Positions 11,439-21,836 of a stretch of DNA of 64,000 bases are shown in pieces (the stretch's first letter is position 1; each line of letters begins with the position of its first letter). This stretch comes from Rhodospirillales bacterium. GTDB lineage: Bacteria; Pseudomonadota; Alphaproteobacteria; Bin95. The translations under genes and the position numbers were made by a program. The notes under the pieces are model-generated. The model had not been told where the DNA came from and did no database searches. It was given only the letters and a program-made list of their open reading frames with translations. Location: the NCBI GenBank assembly GCA_038143065.1, contig JAYQLI010000035.1, forward strand, positions 320,001-384,000, written 5' to 3'.

Positions 11439-12038
11439 TTAGTCCTTGCGGGCAACAATATGGAATATATGCCAATGTTTGAGTTTTCCACGGGGTGTAA
11501 ATCCGTCGTGCTCTTCTTCTTCGAACATTTCGATTTTCAAGCCCTTTAATTGTGACAGACAGTCAGAGCGTGTGAAGGCCACTACTCCATCATCCGCTCC
11601 GTTTTTTGCCCAAGTGTCACGTTTTCCATAAAGCTGACCAGAAAAACGGCCTAGGGGCCGTAAACGATCAATTATTCTTTGCCATACATTTGGAAATTCC
11701 GACTTTTCACACAGTGGCAAGGCAAAGCTTGAATTTACCAAGTCGCATTCTGGCCATTCCGCGGTTTCCATACTGTGTTGACTAAGCTTTAATGACGATA
11801 CCAACTCATCCGGGACAGAATCTCTTATTGCTTTGATGGATGTGTATTCCTGGTCTAGGGCTAAAACCCGCCACCCGGCAGCTAACAGAGGTATCGTGTC
11901 TCTTCCACCACCTGCTCCTAAGTCGACAGCAAAACCAGGTTGCGAAAATCGCCGCTGGGCAAAAACCGATGTGAATCTTGGCGGTCTATCTTTTAGCCGT
12001 TCATAATATGCCGCCCACCTCTCGTCCGCAGTATTCAT
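11439..12038 (-). CDS. Class I SAM-dependent methyltransferase (TehB-like)
   Basis: AVDLGAGGGRD motif I, GWRVLALD, C-terminal KHWHIFHIVARK. Confidence 0.85.
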   Translation of the reverse strand: MNTADERWAAYYERLKDRPPRFTSVFAQRRFSQPGFAVDLGAGGGRDTIPLLAAGWRVLALDQEYTSIKAIRDSVPDELVSSLKLSQHSMETAEWPECDLVNSSFALPLCEKSEFPNVWQRIIDRLRPLGRFSGQLYGKRDTWAKNGADDGVVAFTRSDCLSQLKGLKIEMFEEEEHDGFTPRGKLKHWHIFHIVARKD

Positions 12039-12125
12039 ATAACTGACATGCCCTTTATCGCCTGGATAGATTTAAAATAGCAGGTTAGCCTCTCCAGCGA
12101 TAATAATTCGAAAAGGGTGCTGCAG

Positions 12126-13337
12126 ATGAGTGCACTTTTAGATGGCATAAAAATTATAGATTTTACCCAGGTTATTTCTGGGCCTTATGCCACTTATATG
12201 TTGGCGCAACAGGGCGCTGATGTAATCAAGTTAGAGCTGCCTGGCGATGGTGATCAAGCACGTGGGATGATGTTGCCAAGTGGAGATTTTGCGGATGCAG
12301 GGCATTCTGCGATGTTCTTAGCGTTTAACTCTGGCAAGCGCTCTCTGGCCTTAAACCTTAAGTCACCCGCTGCAAAAGAAATTCTAACACGGCTTATTAA
12401 AGACGCTGATGTTATAATTGAAAACTTTAAAGCTGGAGCGATGGAAAGACTCGGTTTCGGTTATGAATGGGCACGAGAAATAAACCAAAATATAATTTAC
12501 TGTTCGATTTCCGGGTTTGGTCAATCTGGGCCTCGAGCGGGCGCAGCTGCTTATGACCCTGTAATCCAGGCAAATTCTGGGATGATGCAGCTCACTGGGC
12601 ATGAAGGCATAACAGGCCCAACAAAAGTTGGCTTTTGGGTTTGTGACATGTCAACAGGAATGACTGCTGCTTTTGCAATATCCGCAGGACTAGCAAAACT
12701 GCACCGCGATGGAGAAGGAAGTTATATTGACATCTCAATGCTGGACGTGGCTGCGTCACTGATTTCTCCAATGGTTACAAACTTTTTAAATTTTGAGGTG
12801 CAACCATCACTTATGGGAAATGGGTCGCCCGCTGGGTCAACGGTATCCACTGTTTATGAAACCGAGGATGGCCTCCTTCAGGTTGCAGCAGCTACCCAAG
12901 GACAATTTGAGGCTCAAGCGAAAGCGATGAATCGACAGGATCTTATTGATGACTCGCGTTTTTCAAGCAGACAGGATCGTATCTTGCATGCAGCTGAACT
13001 TCGTCAAGAACTCCTTGTAACTTTCTCGGAAGCTGATGCTAAGACATGGGAGGCACGACTTTCTGCGGTTGGTGTGCCGGCAGGCGTTGTTCATTCAATT
13101 GAGGAGATGGTTAAAGATCCACAGATAGTGGAACGTGGCCTGGTAAGGGAACAACAGGCTCCTACTGGTCTGGATGGCTATGTGCAAACAATTGGGGCAC
13201 CATTTAAAGTAAATGGAGAGAATGGCTTAAGCGCCGCGGCGCCAAATCTTGGAGAGCACACTGAAGAAATTCTTATGGGTCTTGGCTATTCATCTGAAGA
13301 TATAAGTTCGCTCAGGATTCAAGGGGCTATCGGCTAA
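12126..13337 (+). CDS. Family III (CaiB/BaiF) CoA transferase
   Basis: LDGIKIIDFTQVISGP, GADVIKLE, NSGKRS, ADVIIENFK, SISGFGQSGP, APNLGEHT. Confidence 0.92.
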   Translation: MSALLDGIKIIDFTQVISGPYATYMLAQQGADVIKLELPGDGDQARGMMLPSGDFADAGHSAMFLAFNSGKRSLALNLKSPAAKEILTRLIKDADVIIENFKAGAMERLGFGYEWAREINQNIIYCSISGFGQSGPRAGAAAYDPVIQANSGMMQLTGHEGITGPTKVGFWVCDMSTGMTAAFAISAGLAKLHRDGEGSYIDISMLDVAASLISPMVTNFLNFEVQPSLMGNGSPAGSTVSTVYETEDGLLQVAAATQGQFEAQAKAMNRQDLIDDSRFSSRQDRILHAAELRQELLVTFSEADAKTWEARLSAVGVPAGVVHSIEEMVKDPQIVERGLVREQQAPTGLDGYVQTIGAPFKVNGENGLSAAAPNLGEHTEEILMGLGYSSEDISSLRIQGAIG

Positions 13338-13493
13338 AAATAAAAAAATACAAAGAGTTATGTGATTTGTAACATGGTATTTTCTCTAGACGTCTCAGTT
13401 TCAAGAGTGCTGTTGTTTCTTATGCTCTTTCACACAGGTAGCTTAATTTTTTATGTTGTTTTTATTAAGCTAGGTTATTGGGGGAGTAAGGGC

Positions 13494-14465
13494 ATGAGAG
13501 CTATCGTTTGTTCCGAGTTTGGGCCACCGGAAAATTTGAGGGAGGGCGAGCTACCTGAACCCAAAATAGGTAAAGGCGAGGTTCTAATTGATGTAAAGGC
13601 TGCGGGCGTATCGTTTGCGGACACTTTAATGATTAGGGATTTGCACCAAAATAAGCATGCGCTGCCTTTCGCACCTGGGATGGAGGTTGCCGGGTATATT
13701 TCTGAAATTGGGGAGGATGTAGAAGGTTTTTCCGTCGGCCAACGGGTAACGGCTTTGGTTTATGACGGTGGCTATGCCGTCCAAGCTAAAGCTTTGCAGA
13801 CTGAGACTTTTTGTTTGCCGGATAAGGTGCCCTTTGAAATAGCTGCGGGGATGTGTTCGGTCTACTTAACAGCGCACTGTGCACTTGCTCATGAGGCTCG
13901 TTTAAAAAAGGACGAAAAAATTTTGATATTGGGCGCGGCTGGTGGCGTGGGTTTAGCGGCAGTTGAGGTAGCAAAGGCAATGGGGGCCTTTGTTATTGCC
14001 GCTGCAGGTAGCCAGGAAAAAACATCAGCTGCCACAGAGCGTGGGGCTGATGCAGTTATAGATTATTCGAGAGAGGACCTTCGTAAAGAGGCTATTTCTA
14101 TTTCTGAGAATGGAATTGATGTCGTTTTTGACCCAGTCGCAGGTATTTATTATGAGCCAGCGTTTAGAGCTTTAGATTGGGGAGGGCGCTATTTAACAAT
14201 TGGTTATGCGGGCGGTGCTATTCCTCAGATTCCAGCTAATCTTCTATTGGTAAAAAATAGATCTGCATTAGGGTTTGCGTTAATGCACTACCGCCGACAC
14301 TTACCTAATCTATTGAATGAATCAGCAACACAATTGCTTAACTGGGTTGAAAAGGAACTAATTAGTCCAAGGGTGAGTGTCTTACCTGATTTATCTGCAG
14401 CCGCAAATTCGATGAGAGCTGTAATGGACCGAAAGGCTGTTGGAAAATTTGTATTAAAGGTTTGA
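13494..14465 (+). CDS. NADPH:quinone oxidoreductase (zinc-free MDR family)
   Basis: LPFAPGMEVAG, GAAGGVG, NLLLVKN, GKFVL. GGAG RBS precedes ATG 13494. Confidence 0.9.
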   Translation: MRAIVCSEFGPPENLREGELPEPKIGKGEVLIDVKAAGVSFADTLMIRDLHQNKHALPFAPGMEVAGYISEIGEDVEGFSVGQRVTALVYDGGYAVQAKALQTETFCLPDKVPFEIAAGMCSVYLTAHCALAHEARLKKDEKILILGAAGGVGLAAVEVAKAMGAFVIAAAGSQEKTSAATERGADAVIDYSREDLRKEAISISENGIDVVFDPVAGIYYEPAFRALDWGGRYLTIGYAGGAIPQIPANLLLVKNRSALGFALMHYRRHLPNLLNESATQLLNWVEKELISPRVSVLPDLSAAANSMRAVMDRKAVGKFVLKV

Positions 14466-14579
14466 AGATATTGAATGGCGTTTATCTCGTAAGCCCCTCC
14501 AATTCAGTCTCAAAAACTTTCTTGGTGTTTAAGTGAATTTGGTTGAGCATGATCCATAATTTGAGAAAGATTAAGTAGC

Positions 14580-15568
14580 ATGAAAATCAAGGCATGGCGT
14601 AGCAAAGAATGGGGTGACCCATATTCAATGGCTCTTGAAACAATAGAGGCCCCACAGCCAGAGCCAGGTGAAGCTCTTGTTAGGGTTAACTATGCGGCAT
14701 TGAACTTCTTTGATTCATTAATGATTGCGGGCAAATATCAGGTTAAGCCCTCACACCTTTTACCCCTGGGTGTGAAATGTCCGGCGAAGTGATTTCGGTA
14801 GGAGAAGGCGTTGATTTGGCTGTAGGCATGCGTGTCTGTGGTCAGCCTAATTGGGGTGCATTTGCAGAGGCTTGCATTATGCCAGCGGATCAACTTCACC
14901 CTATCCCCGATGGAGTGGATATGAGGGCTGCTGCATGTGTTCCGGTCGTTTACCCGACCGCTCATGTTGCGCTTCACCGTCGTGGCAGACTCCAAACTGG
15001 AGAGACGCTTCTTGTTACAGCGGCTGCTGGTGGTGTTGGAATTGCAGCAGTTCAACTCGGTAAGGCCTGGGGAGCTCGTGTCATAGCGCTAGCGGGTGGT
15101 AAAAAAAAATGTGCTGTTGCCAGTACTAATGGTGCCGATCACGCTTTTGACTATTTATCCGATGTGGATTGGGTGGAATCTGTTCGTGAAATAACGAATG
15201 GAAGAGGCGTTGATGTAATCTATGATCCGGTTGGTGGAGAAATATTTGATAAGTCTCTGAAGGTGATCGCCTTTGAAGGAAGAGCAGTGATTATAGGCTT
15301 TGCAGGGGGTGAAATTCAAAAGGTCGCTGCAAACCGCCTCCTCCTGAAGAATGCTTCTGCTGTTGGTGCAATTTGGGGGGGGTATCGCTCCAAGGACCCT
15401 TCTTATGCGAAAGAGGTTTTGAAGGATTGTTTTGAAATGATGGCAAAAGGAAGGATAACGCCGGCAATTTCAGAAACTTACTCTTTGGAGCGAGTACCAG
15501 AGGCACTAGAATCGTTAGATTCTAGGCAAACTTGGGGCAAAGTGGTCATTGATGTTGCGGGAATGTAG
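14580..15568 (+). CDS. Second NADPH:quinone oxidoreductase (MDR family; indel at ~14750-14780)
   Basis: ALNFFDSLMIAGKYQVKP, AAAGGVG, GVDVIYDPVGG, NRLLLKN, WGKVVI. Confidence 0.88.
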
Positions 15569-15735
15569 GTAGCAAAGGCAATACTTTGTAATAGCCCCGT
15601 AAGCTGTTATTTGACCCAAAACGTTGCCTAATCCAATTGGACAAAATCACAGCTAAGTGACGGAACTATAGTGATTTGGAATCTGTTTGTTCGGACTAAG
15701 TCCTTAACTTAGTGATTTGAGAGGATCTAAAGATT

Positions 15736-16253
15736 ATGAGTTATTCACCAAAACAAGTTGGGCCAAATCGCTTCCGAGAAAATATTGGGCGATATTTTGA
15801 AGATTTTGAAGTTGGTCATATTTATGAACATCGTCCTGGCCGCACAATTTCAGAAGCAGACAATACTTGGTTCACACTTCTGACTATGAATACCCATCCT
15901 TTGCATTTTGATTTTGAATACGCGAAGCACAGTGAATTTGGGAAACCTTTGGTAAATAGTGCATTCACTCTAGCAGTAGTAGCTGGAATGAGTGTATCTG
16001 ACACCAGTCAAAAAGCGATCGCGAACTTAGGTGGACTGATATCAAGCTGACAGCACCTGTGTTCATAGGTGATACAATTTATGCAGAGTCTGAGGTGCTT
16101 GATAAGCGGGAATCAAAATCACGCCCAACCCAGGGAGTGGTTAAAATTAAGACAACTGCTAAGAAGCAATGCGGGACCATATTTATGAGTTATGAGCGTG
16201 TAATGCTTATGCCAAAACGAGGCCATGCGGTTGATGATAAAGCCGAGTATTAA
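15736..16253 (+). CDS. MaoC-family (R)-specific enoyl-CoA hydratase (indel at ~16030)
   Basis: GRYFEDFEVG, HRPGRTI, NTHPLHFD, ANLG; continues PVFIGDTIYAESEVL. Confidence 0.88.
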
Positions 16254-16460
16254 GCCTCTTTAAAGATACTCTAGGCCGATTTTGGTTGATGATGAAATGC
16301 ACAAGGTTTCAGTGTCATCTAAAGTAAAACCAGCCTCATTTTGAAAATAAGCAATAGATTAAATTTTTACAGCCGATAGTCATAAGTCCTTCTTGCGATA
16401 TTGAGGTATGAGGGGCTAGCCTAACATTGTCGTTCGAATTTGTTTCAGAAAGTTAAAGAG

Positions 16461-17973
16461 ATGCAAGACAGCTCATATGATGTCGTAGTAGTTGGTGCAG
16501 GTAATGCTGCCCTATGTGCAGCCATTTCAGCAAAAGAGCATGGTGCTAAAGTCCTAGTCTTGGAGAAGGCACCAGAAGATGAAAAAGGCGGCAATTCATA
16601 TTTTACTGCTGGTGGATTTCGTTTTGTGCACACTGGCTTAGACGATGTACGGGATGATGTCCTAGTCGATATGTCGGACGACGAAGCAGATAAAATGATC
16701 CTTCCCTCGCACGATAAACAATTTTTCTATGACACCCTTATGAAGGTGACTCGGGGGCAATCGAATGAGGATTTGGCTTGGACATTACATAAACGGGTCG
16801 CGGCCTGCTATGGCGTGGCTGCGTGAAAATGGTGTTCGGTTCATACCAATGTATGGACGGCAATCTTTCGAAGTTGATGGAAAACAGCACTTCTATGGCG
16901 GTGTTAATATCGAAGCAGTAGGTGGCGGAGCAGGGCTTGTTGAATTTCTTCTTGAACGCTGCCGTAAGGTTGGAATTGATATCCGTTATGGTACAGGTGC
17001 CACTAAACTGTACCAAGATGAGAACTATCGGATAACTGGCCTGCAGGTAAGAGCACAAGGTGGCTATGAAGATATTGCATGTAAGTCAGTTGTTCTGGCT
17101 TGCGGGGGATTTGAGAGTAACCCAGAGATGCGTGTTAGGTATCTAGGTCAAGGTTGGGACCTGGCCCGAGTGCGAGGCACCAGACATAATACCGGCGATG
17201 GTATTCAGATGGCACTAGACATCGGGGCTGTGCCCTATGGAAACTGGTCAGGTTGCCACTCCGTAGGTTGGGATATTTCAGCCCCACCATTTGGTGATCG
17301 ATGGGTTTTAGACAATTTTCAGAAGCATTCGTACCCACTTGGTATAATGGTTAATATCCACGGTGAGCGGTTTGTGGATGAGGGTGAAGATTATAGAAAT
17401 TTGACATATGTGCGTTTTGGAAAAGCCATTATGGGGCAGCCTCATTACACATGTGTTCAGATTTTTGATCAAAAGACTACTCATCGCTTGCGTGATGAAT
17501 ACAGGATCAAGGAAGTCACTCACGTAAAATCCGATACAATCGAAGGGTTTGCATAGCAATTAGAGATTTCTGTAGAGGGATTAAAAAAGACCATCGAAGA
17601 ATATAATGCCGCCTGTCCAGACCAGAGCTTTATTGATGCCAATTATAATCCAGCAATTTTAGATAACGTGGGCACAACAGGTATATCGCCTGCTAAATCT
17701 AATTGGGCTCTGCCCATTGATGAGCCTCCATATGAAGCATGGGTAACTACAACTGGTGTTACCTTCACTTTTGGGGGTCTAAAGATTGATGACAAAAACT
17801 GTGTTCAAGATAAAGCGGACCGAGGTATTCCTGGCCTCTTTGCGGCGGGAGAACTGGTAGGGGGATTATTTTACGAGAATTATCCCGGTGGGACAGGCTT
17901 AATGTCTGGTTCTGTCTTTGGTCGAAGGGCTGGCGAATTTGCAGCCGAATATGCCCGTACAACGAACACCTGA
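16461..17973 (+). CDS. tcuA: FAD-dependent tricarballylate dehydrogenase TcuA-like flavoprotein (indel at ~16790; in-frame TAG at 17554-17556)
   Basis: DVVVVGAGNAALCAA, GGNSYFTAG, LACGGFESN, GERFVDEG, GVTFTFGGL, LFAAGELVGGLFYENYPGGTGLMSGSVFGR. Confidence 0.8.
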
Positions 17974-17989
17974 TAGATTGGTTTTCATA

Positions 17990-18880
17990 ATGCAAGATAC
18001 CAATATGCTTGGGTTTGTGGGCGTCGGGGTAATGGGCGAAAAGATGTGTCGCAACATGGCGCAGAAGTCCGGGAAGCCTGTACTTGCCTTTGATCAAAAC
18101 AAGGAGCCACTTCAGCGTTTGTCAGAATTTGGCGTTGAGAGCGCAACTGGTCTTTCAGATATTATGGCAAGATCAGAGATGGTCTTTCTATCATTACCAG
18201 GTGAGCCACAAGTGCGAGAAGTCGTGCTTGGCCCTGGGGGGTTGTTAGAAAGTGCAAAACCTGGCCAAACAATAGTTGATTGTTCGACTTGTCCTGTGCA
18301 CCTTGCTCAAGAAATTGCTCAAAAAGCGAAATCAAAAGGTGTAAATTTCTTAGATGCACCAGTATCTCGCGGTACCACTGCAGCAGACAACGGAACACTC
18401 AATTTTATGGTCGGTGGTGAAGAAAATGTTTTCAATGCTGCCAGACCGTTCATTGAAACAATGGGCGTAGATATAATTCTTTGTGGAGGGCATGGTGCAG
18501 GGCAGGCTGTAAAGCTGATGAACAATATGATTGTTGTGCAAACTGTCCATGCGATCGCAGAGGCGCTTAAGGTGGCCCAAGCGTCGGGTGCCGTCGATGG
18601 CAAGGTACTGTTTGAGACGTTGACAACTGGTTCTGCAGATAGTTTTGTTTTACGAAATCATGGCTTAAAAAGTATGTTGCCAGGTACGCATCCGCCACAG
18701 ACCTTTCCAGTAAAGTATATTATGAAGGATCTTGGCTACGCGCTTGATTTAGCTAAATCATCAGGTGTTAAGATGACAGGCGCTGAGGCAACAATGGAGC
18801 TCTGTAAGCGAGCTGAAAAAATGGAATTTGGTGATCGTTATTACACAATTCTCATTGAGGCCTTGGAGTCTATTAAGTGA
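17990..18880 (+). CDS. NAD(P)-dependent beta-hydroxyacid dehydrogenase family protein
   Basis: GFVGVGVMG, FLDAPVSRG, GQAVKLMNN, GSADSFVLRNHG, KDLGYAL. Confidence 0.9.
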   Translation: MQDTNMLGFVGVGVMGEKMCRNMAQKSGKPVLAFDQNKEPLQRLSEFGVESATGLSDIMARSEMVFLSLPGEPQVREVVLGPGGLLESAKPGQTIVDCSTCPVHLAQEIAQKAKSKGVNFLDAPVSRGTTAADNGTLNFMVGGEENVFNAARPFIETMGVDIILCGGHGAGQAVKLMNNMIVVQTVHAIAEALKVAQASGAVDGKVLFETLTTGSADSFVLRNHGLKSMLPGTHPPQTFPVKYIMKDLGYALDLAKSSGVKMTGAEATMELCKRAEKMEFGDRYYTILIEALESIK

Positions 18881-19692
18881 CTAAAAATTGGGAAGTATAC
18901 GCGTTCCGATACGCAGCAATGCCCGAACGTTACGAAGCTGAGCTTTTTATAGGAGGCCGGCCCAATGCGAATTGGGGAATGGATTATTTTTTTTGGATGC
19001 TGCGGTCTGGTACTGAAGTAATTGTCGTTGATACCGGTGCAAATGCGGCAAAAATGCCTGCTAAAGGACGGACTCCATTAATCTCGATCGAAGATGCTTT
19101 AGCAGGTGTCGGAGTAAAAGCCGAAGATGTTAGTCAAGTATTTCTTACCCATGCTCATTGGGATCATATCGGAAACTTAGATAGTTTTCCCAAGGCACAT
19201 TTCTGGATTCAGCAGGCAGAGATGGCCTCAATTACTGGCCCAGATATGACTTTTGCTAAGATCCGAGGCGCTTATCAGGCAGATGAAGTTCAGAGACTGG
19301 TTGGTTTAGTTTACGAGGACAGGATAACCTTTTTGGACGGCGACGGATGCTTTAATGATGGCGTCGACTATCTGCTGATGCCTGGTCATAGCGCGGGACA
19401 AACCGCCCTTCGAATAAGTACTACGTCTGGGCAGCTGCTTCTGGCTTCAGATGCGGTTCATTACTATCGGGAAGCTGCCGAAGAACTATGTTTTTTGGCT
19501 TTCAATGATGCGAAAGCAATGCTTTCGAGTCTTCGCCGCTGTAAGGCAGAAATAGCTGGTGATTGGGATAGAATGATTCCTGGTCATGACCCACAAGTTA
19601 CTTGGCGTTATCCAGCTGAAACGCACCTGAGTAATGGAGATCCGGTAGCTCTTCGAGTAGATTTGGCACCAATTAAGGGACTGGAGCCTTAG
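18877..19692 (+). CDS. MBL-fold metallo-hydrolase, N-acyl-homoserine lactonase-like, copy 1
   Basis: IVVDTG, THAHWDHIG (HxHxDH), GHSAG, LASDAVH, IPGHDP. Confidence 0.88.
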   Translation: MTKNWEVYAFRYAAMPERYEAELFIGGRPNANWGMDYFFWMLRSGTEVIVVDTGANAAKMPAKGRTPLISIEDALAGVGVKAEDVSQVFLTHAHWDHIGNLDSFPKAHFWIQQAEMASITGPDMTFAKIRGAYQADEVQRLVGLVYEDRITFLDGDGCFNDGVDYLLMPGHSAGQTALRISTTSGQLLLASDAVHYYREAAEELCFLAFNDAKAMLSSLRRCKAEIAGDWDRMIPGHDPQVTWRYPAETHLSNGDPVALRVDLAPIKGLEP

Positions 19693-19696
19693 TGAA

Positions 19697-20494
19697 ATGA
19701 CGAAGACTTGGAAGATATATGGAATTCGTTACGCCACGCAAAATGGACGCTTAGCCAGCCACACGTTTCTTTGGGGATCAGCTGAAGAAGAACTAACTGG
19801 TCTCGATTATTACTCCTGGGTTTTAGTCTCCGATGATCGTGCCATAGTCGTTGATACGGGAGGGGCTGAGCGCAAAATCAAGGGACTTGGTAGGCAATGG
19901 ATTGCATCACCGCTGGATGCTCTCAAAGAATTAGGTGTAGATCCAAGTAATGTAGAGGATGTAATTGTTTCACATGCCCATTGGGACCATGTAGGTGAAC
20001 TTGCTGCGTTTCCCAAGGCTCGTTTTTATATGAATGATCTTGAGATGGAGAGTATCACCGGTGAGGATATGACCTTTGCAGTGATGCGCGAAGCATATCA
20101 TGCAGAGGAAGCACAGCAGCTGGTTGGGCTTGCATATGAAGATCGCCTTACGTTTCTAAGAGGCGATGGTCAGTTCGCTAATGGGATCGATTATACGCTA
20201 ATAGGCGGTCATTCAGCGGGTCAGATAGCTCTTACAGTTCAGACTGAACGCGGTCCTGTAGTTCTTGCAACCGATGCAATCCACTTATGGGAAGAGGTAG
20301 AAAAAGAGCGCGCTTTCCTAATTTTTCATGATCTGAGACAGATGTTAAAGGGCTACCGGAAGATGGATCAAATGGTGGCTGGTGATCTTACTCGTCTTCT
20401 GCCAGGTCATGATCCTCTTATAAAAGACCGCTATCCCATCGTTAAAAAACATGGTGATGAGCCTTTCATCTTGGACCTTGGTGGAGTTATTTAG
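19697..20494 (+). CDS. MBL-fold metallo-hydrolase, N-acyl-homoserine lactonase-like, copy 2
   Basis: IVVDTG, SHAHWDHVG, GHSAG, LATDAIH, LPGHDP; colinear with copy 1 (shared ITG.DMTFA and LVGL.YEDR.TFL.GDG). Confidence 0.88.
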   Translation: MTKTWKIYGIRYATQNGRLASHTFLWGSAEEELTGLDYYSWVLVSDDRAIVVDTGGAERKIKGLGRQWIASPLDALKELGVDPSNVEDVIVSHAHWDHVGELAAFPKARFYMNDLEMESITGEDMTFAVMREAYHAEEAQQLVGLAYEDRLTFLRGDGQFANGIDYTLIGGHSAGQIALTVQTERGPVVLATDAIHLWEEVEKERAFLIFHDLRQMLKGYRKMDQMVAGDLTRLLPGHDPLIKDRYPIVKKHGDEPFILDLGGVI

Positions 20495-21228
20495 CCAGGA
20501 ATTCCGACCATCTCTGTGAGACAACGATATCTAACGGTTTCTTTTTGGTCTGACATTTCGTGAAAGCCGTCAGTTTTAAGAATTTCCCAAAAGTAATCTT
20601 GAGCTTCGCGGTTTGGGAAATAAAGTTCTGGAATACCAAAGCAGGGCGCGCCTTCGGGATTTAAAGCGAGGCTTACGGTATATCGAAAACCACCAGCCAG
20701 TTTCATTGTGTCACGGACGTTTGGTCCATGTATATCTAACCAGTGATCTCGGAAAGTTTGCAAATCTATCCCGGGCTTTGGCTGGACAAAGGATATTTGT
20801 TTCAGAAATCCTGAGCGGGTTGTTGGAAATGGTTGGTTCAAAGTGAGTGGGGGCGTAGGTAAATCTCCATCAACAAATACAAATTCCTCTGTTGCAAATA
20901 TACGATATGGTTCGACCTTTTGTTGAAAAGTGTCGGTTGGGTTTAAACCACGCAATTCAGATGGGATTTTGGGGCTACTTGCGTACCAAAGAGCTGCCAT
21001 GCCATCCCATTTCTGGCGACTAGTATCATGTGGCTCAAATAAACTGGCCTCATACCGCCACGCATTGGGTTCACCAGCTTCTTTTGCGTTTTCATTGCGC
21101 TCAATAACGTTTGGCATATGGTTAGCATACCAGTGCGCAATCATTTCATCCCTGGTGGTGGTTTCTTTGCGCTGTATTAGAGCAAAAGTTTTAACGCCTG
21201 GTGTGGGTGGTGGACGCTTTTCAATCAT
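20491..21228 (-). CDS. Tandem EthD-like (dimeric alpha-beta barrel) domain protein
   Basis: Two similar halves: RKETTTRDEMIAHWYANH..WDGMAALWY and KPGIDLQTFRDHWLDIHGP..FGIPELYF. Confidence 0.7.
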   Translation of the reverse strand: MIEKRPPPTPGVKTFALIQRKETTTRDEMIAHWYANHMPNVIERNENAKEAGEPNAWRYEASLFEPHDTSRQKWDGMAALWYASSPKIPSELRGLNPTDTFQQKVEPYRIFATEEFVFVDGDLPTPPLTLNQPFPTTRSGFLKQISFVQPKPGIDLQTFRDHWLDIHGPNVRDTMKLAGGFRYTVSLALNPEGAPCFGIPELYFPNREAQDYFWEILKTDGFHEMSDQKETVRYRCLTEMVGIPG

Positions 21229-21232
21229 TGAT

Positions 21233-21736
21233 TTATGCGCCAGTTCCTGTTTCGAGTGCATTGACAAGCTGAGAAAGCGCAGTAGCCGCAAACCTAATCA
21301 TATTCTCTGCTCTATCGTTGTCCCCTGTTTCGAGGGTCATAGCAAGATTTTGGGGACCACATAGGGCAATGCATGAGTGGCCAGCAAGATCTCCATATCG
21401 ATTTCCAGTGGGCCCGGCGGCACCAGTTTCAGCAAGCCCCCAGTCAGAATTATGAATTTCACGTATACGGCTCGCAAGTTGAGAGGCATAAGGTTCAGAG
21501 GAAGATCGTATCCCGGCTTCATCCATCTCTTTTTGAGTTATTCCAATAAGGCCTTGCCGAGCTTGCAGTGTATAAACAACAGCGCCACCCAAAAAATATC
21601 GGGACGCACCGGGAACAGCCAGAAGCGAAGAAGAAATCAATCCACCAGCCGAGCTTTCAGCAATGGCTATTGTTTCACCGCGATTTCTAAGATGGTCAGC
21701 GGCTATGTTGGCTAGGCGCAGAAGGTTAGGATTCAT
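21233..21736 (-). CDS. CinA C-terminal / PncC-like NMN deamidase family protein
   Basis: TIAIAESSAGGLI, VPGASRYFLGGAVVY, GLAETGAAGP. Confidence 0.88.
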   Translation of the reverse strand: MNPNLLRLANIAADHLRNRGETIAIAESSAGGLISSSLLAVPGASRYFLGGAVVYTLQARQGLIGITQKEMDEAGIRSSSEPYASQLASRIREIHNSDWGLAETGAAGPTGNRYGDLAGHSCIALCGPQNLAMTLETGDNDRAENMIRFAATALSQLVNALETGTGA

Positions 21737-21836
21737 AGTTCTAGATTCCCAAAGTTAAAGTATCTGTAAACATGGCGGTATCTGGAATAGTCTGTCAAAG
21801 TATTCCTGTATTTTATGCAACCCGAGGAGATGATTA

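Noticed and set aside
11439-12038. Methyltransferase as the ArsM partner of the TIGR04282/04283 pair
   Set aside because: It lacks the ArsM-type cysteine pattern and length, looks TehB-like, and is 27 kb away.
13362-13493. Hydrophobic N-terminal extension (membrane anchor) on the first quinone oxidoreductase
   Set aside because: Translation of T-rich intergenic DNA. An RBS and the typical MRAIVC start lie at 13494.
17554-17556. In-frame TAG inside the TcuA-like gene, as possible pyrrolysine or stop-codon readthrough
   Set aside because: It falls in a variable helix (EGFA*QLEI), not at a catalytic site. TAG is used as a normal stop by many genes here, and the sequence is error-rich. A substitution error is far more likely.
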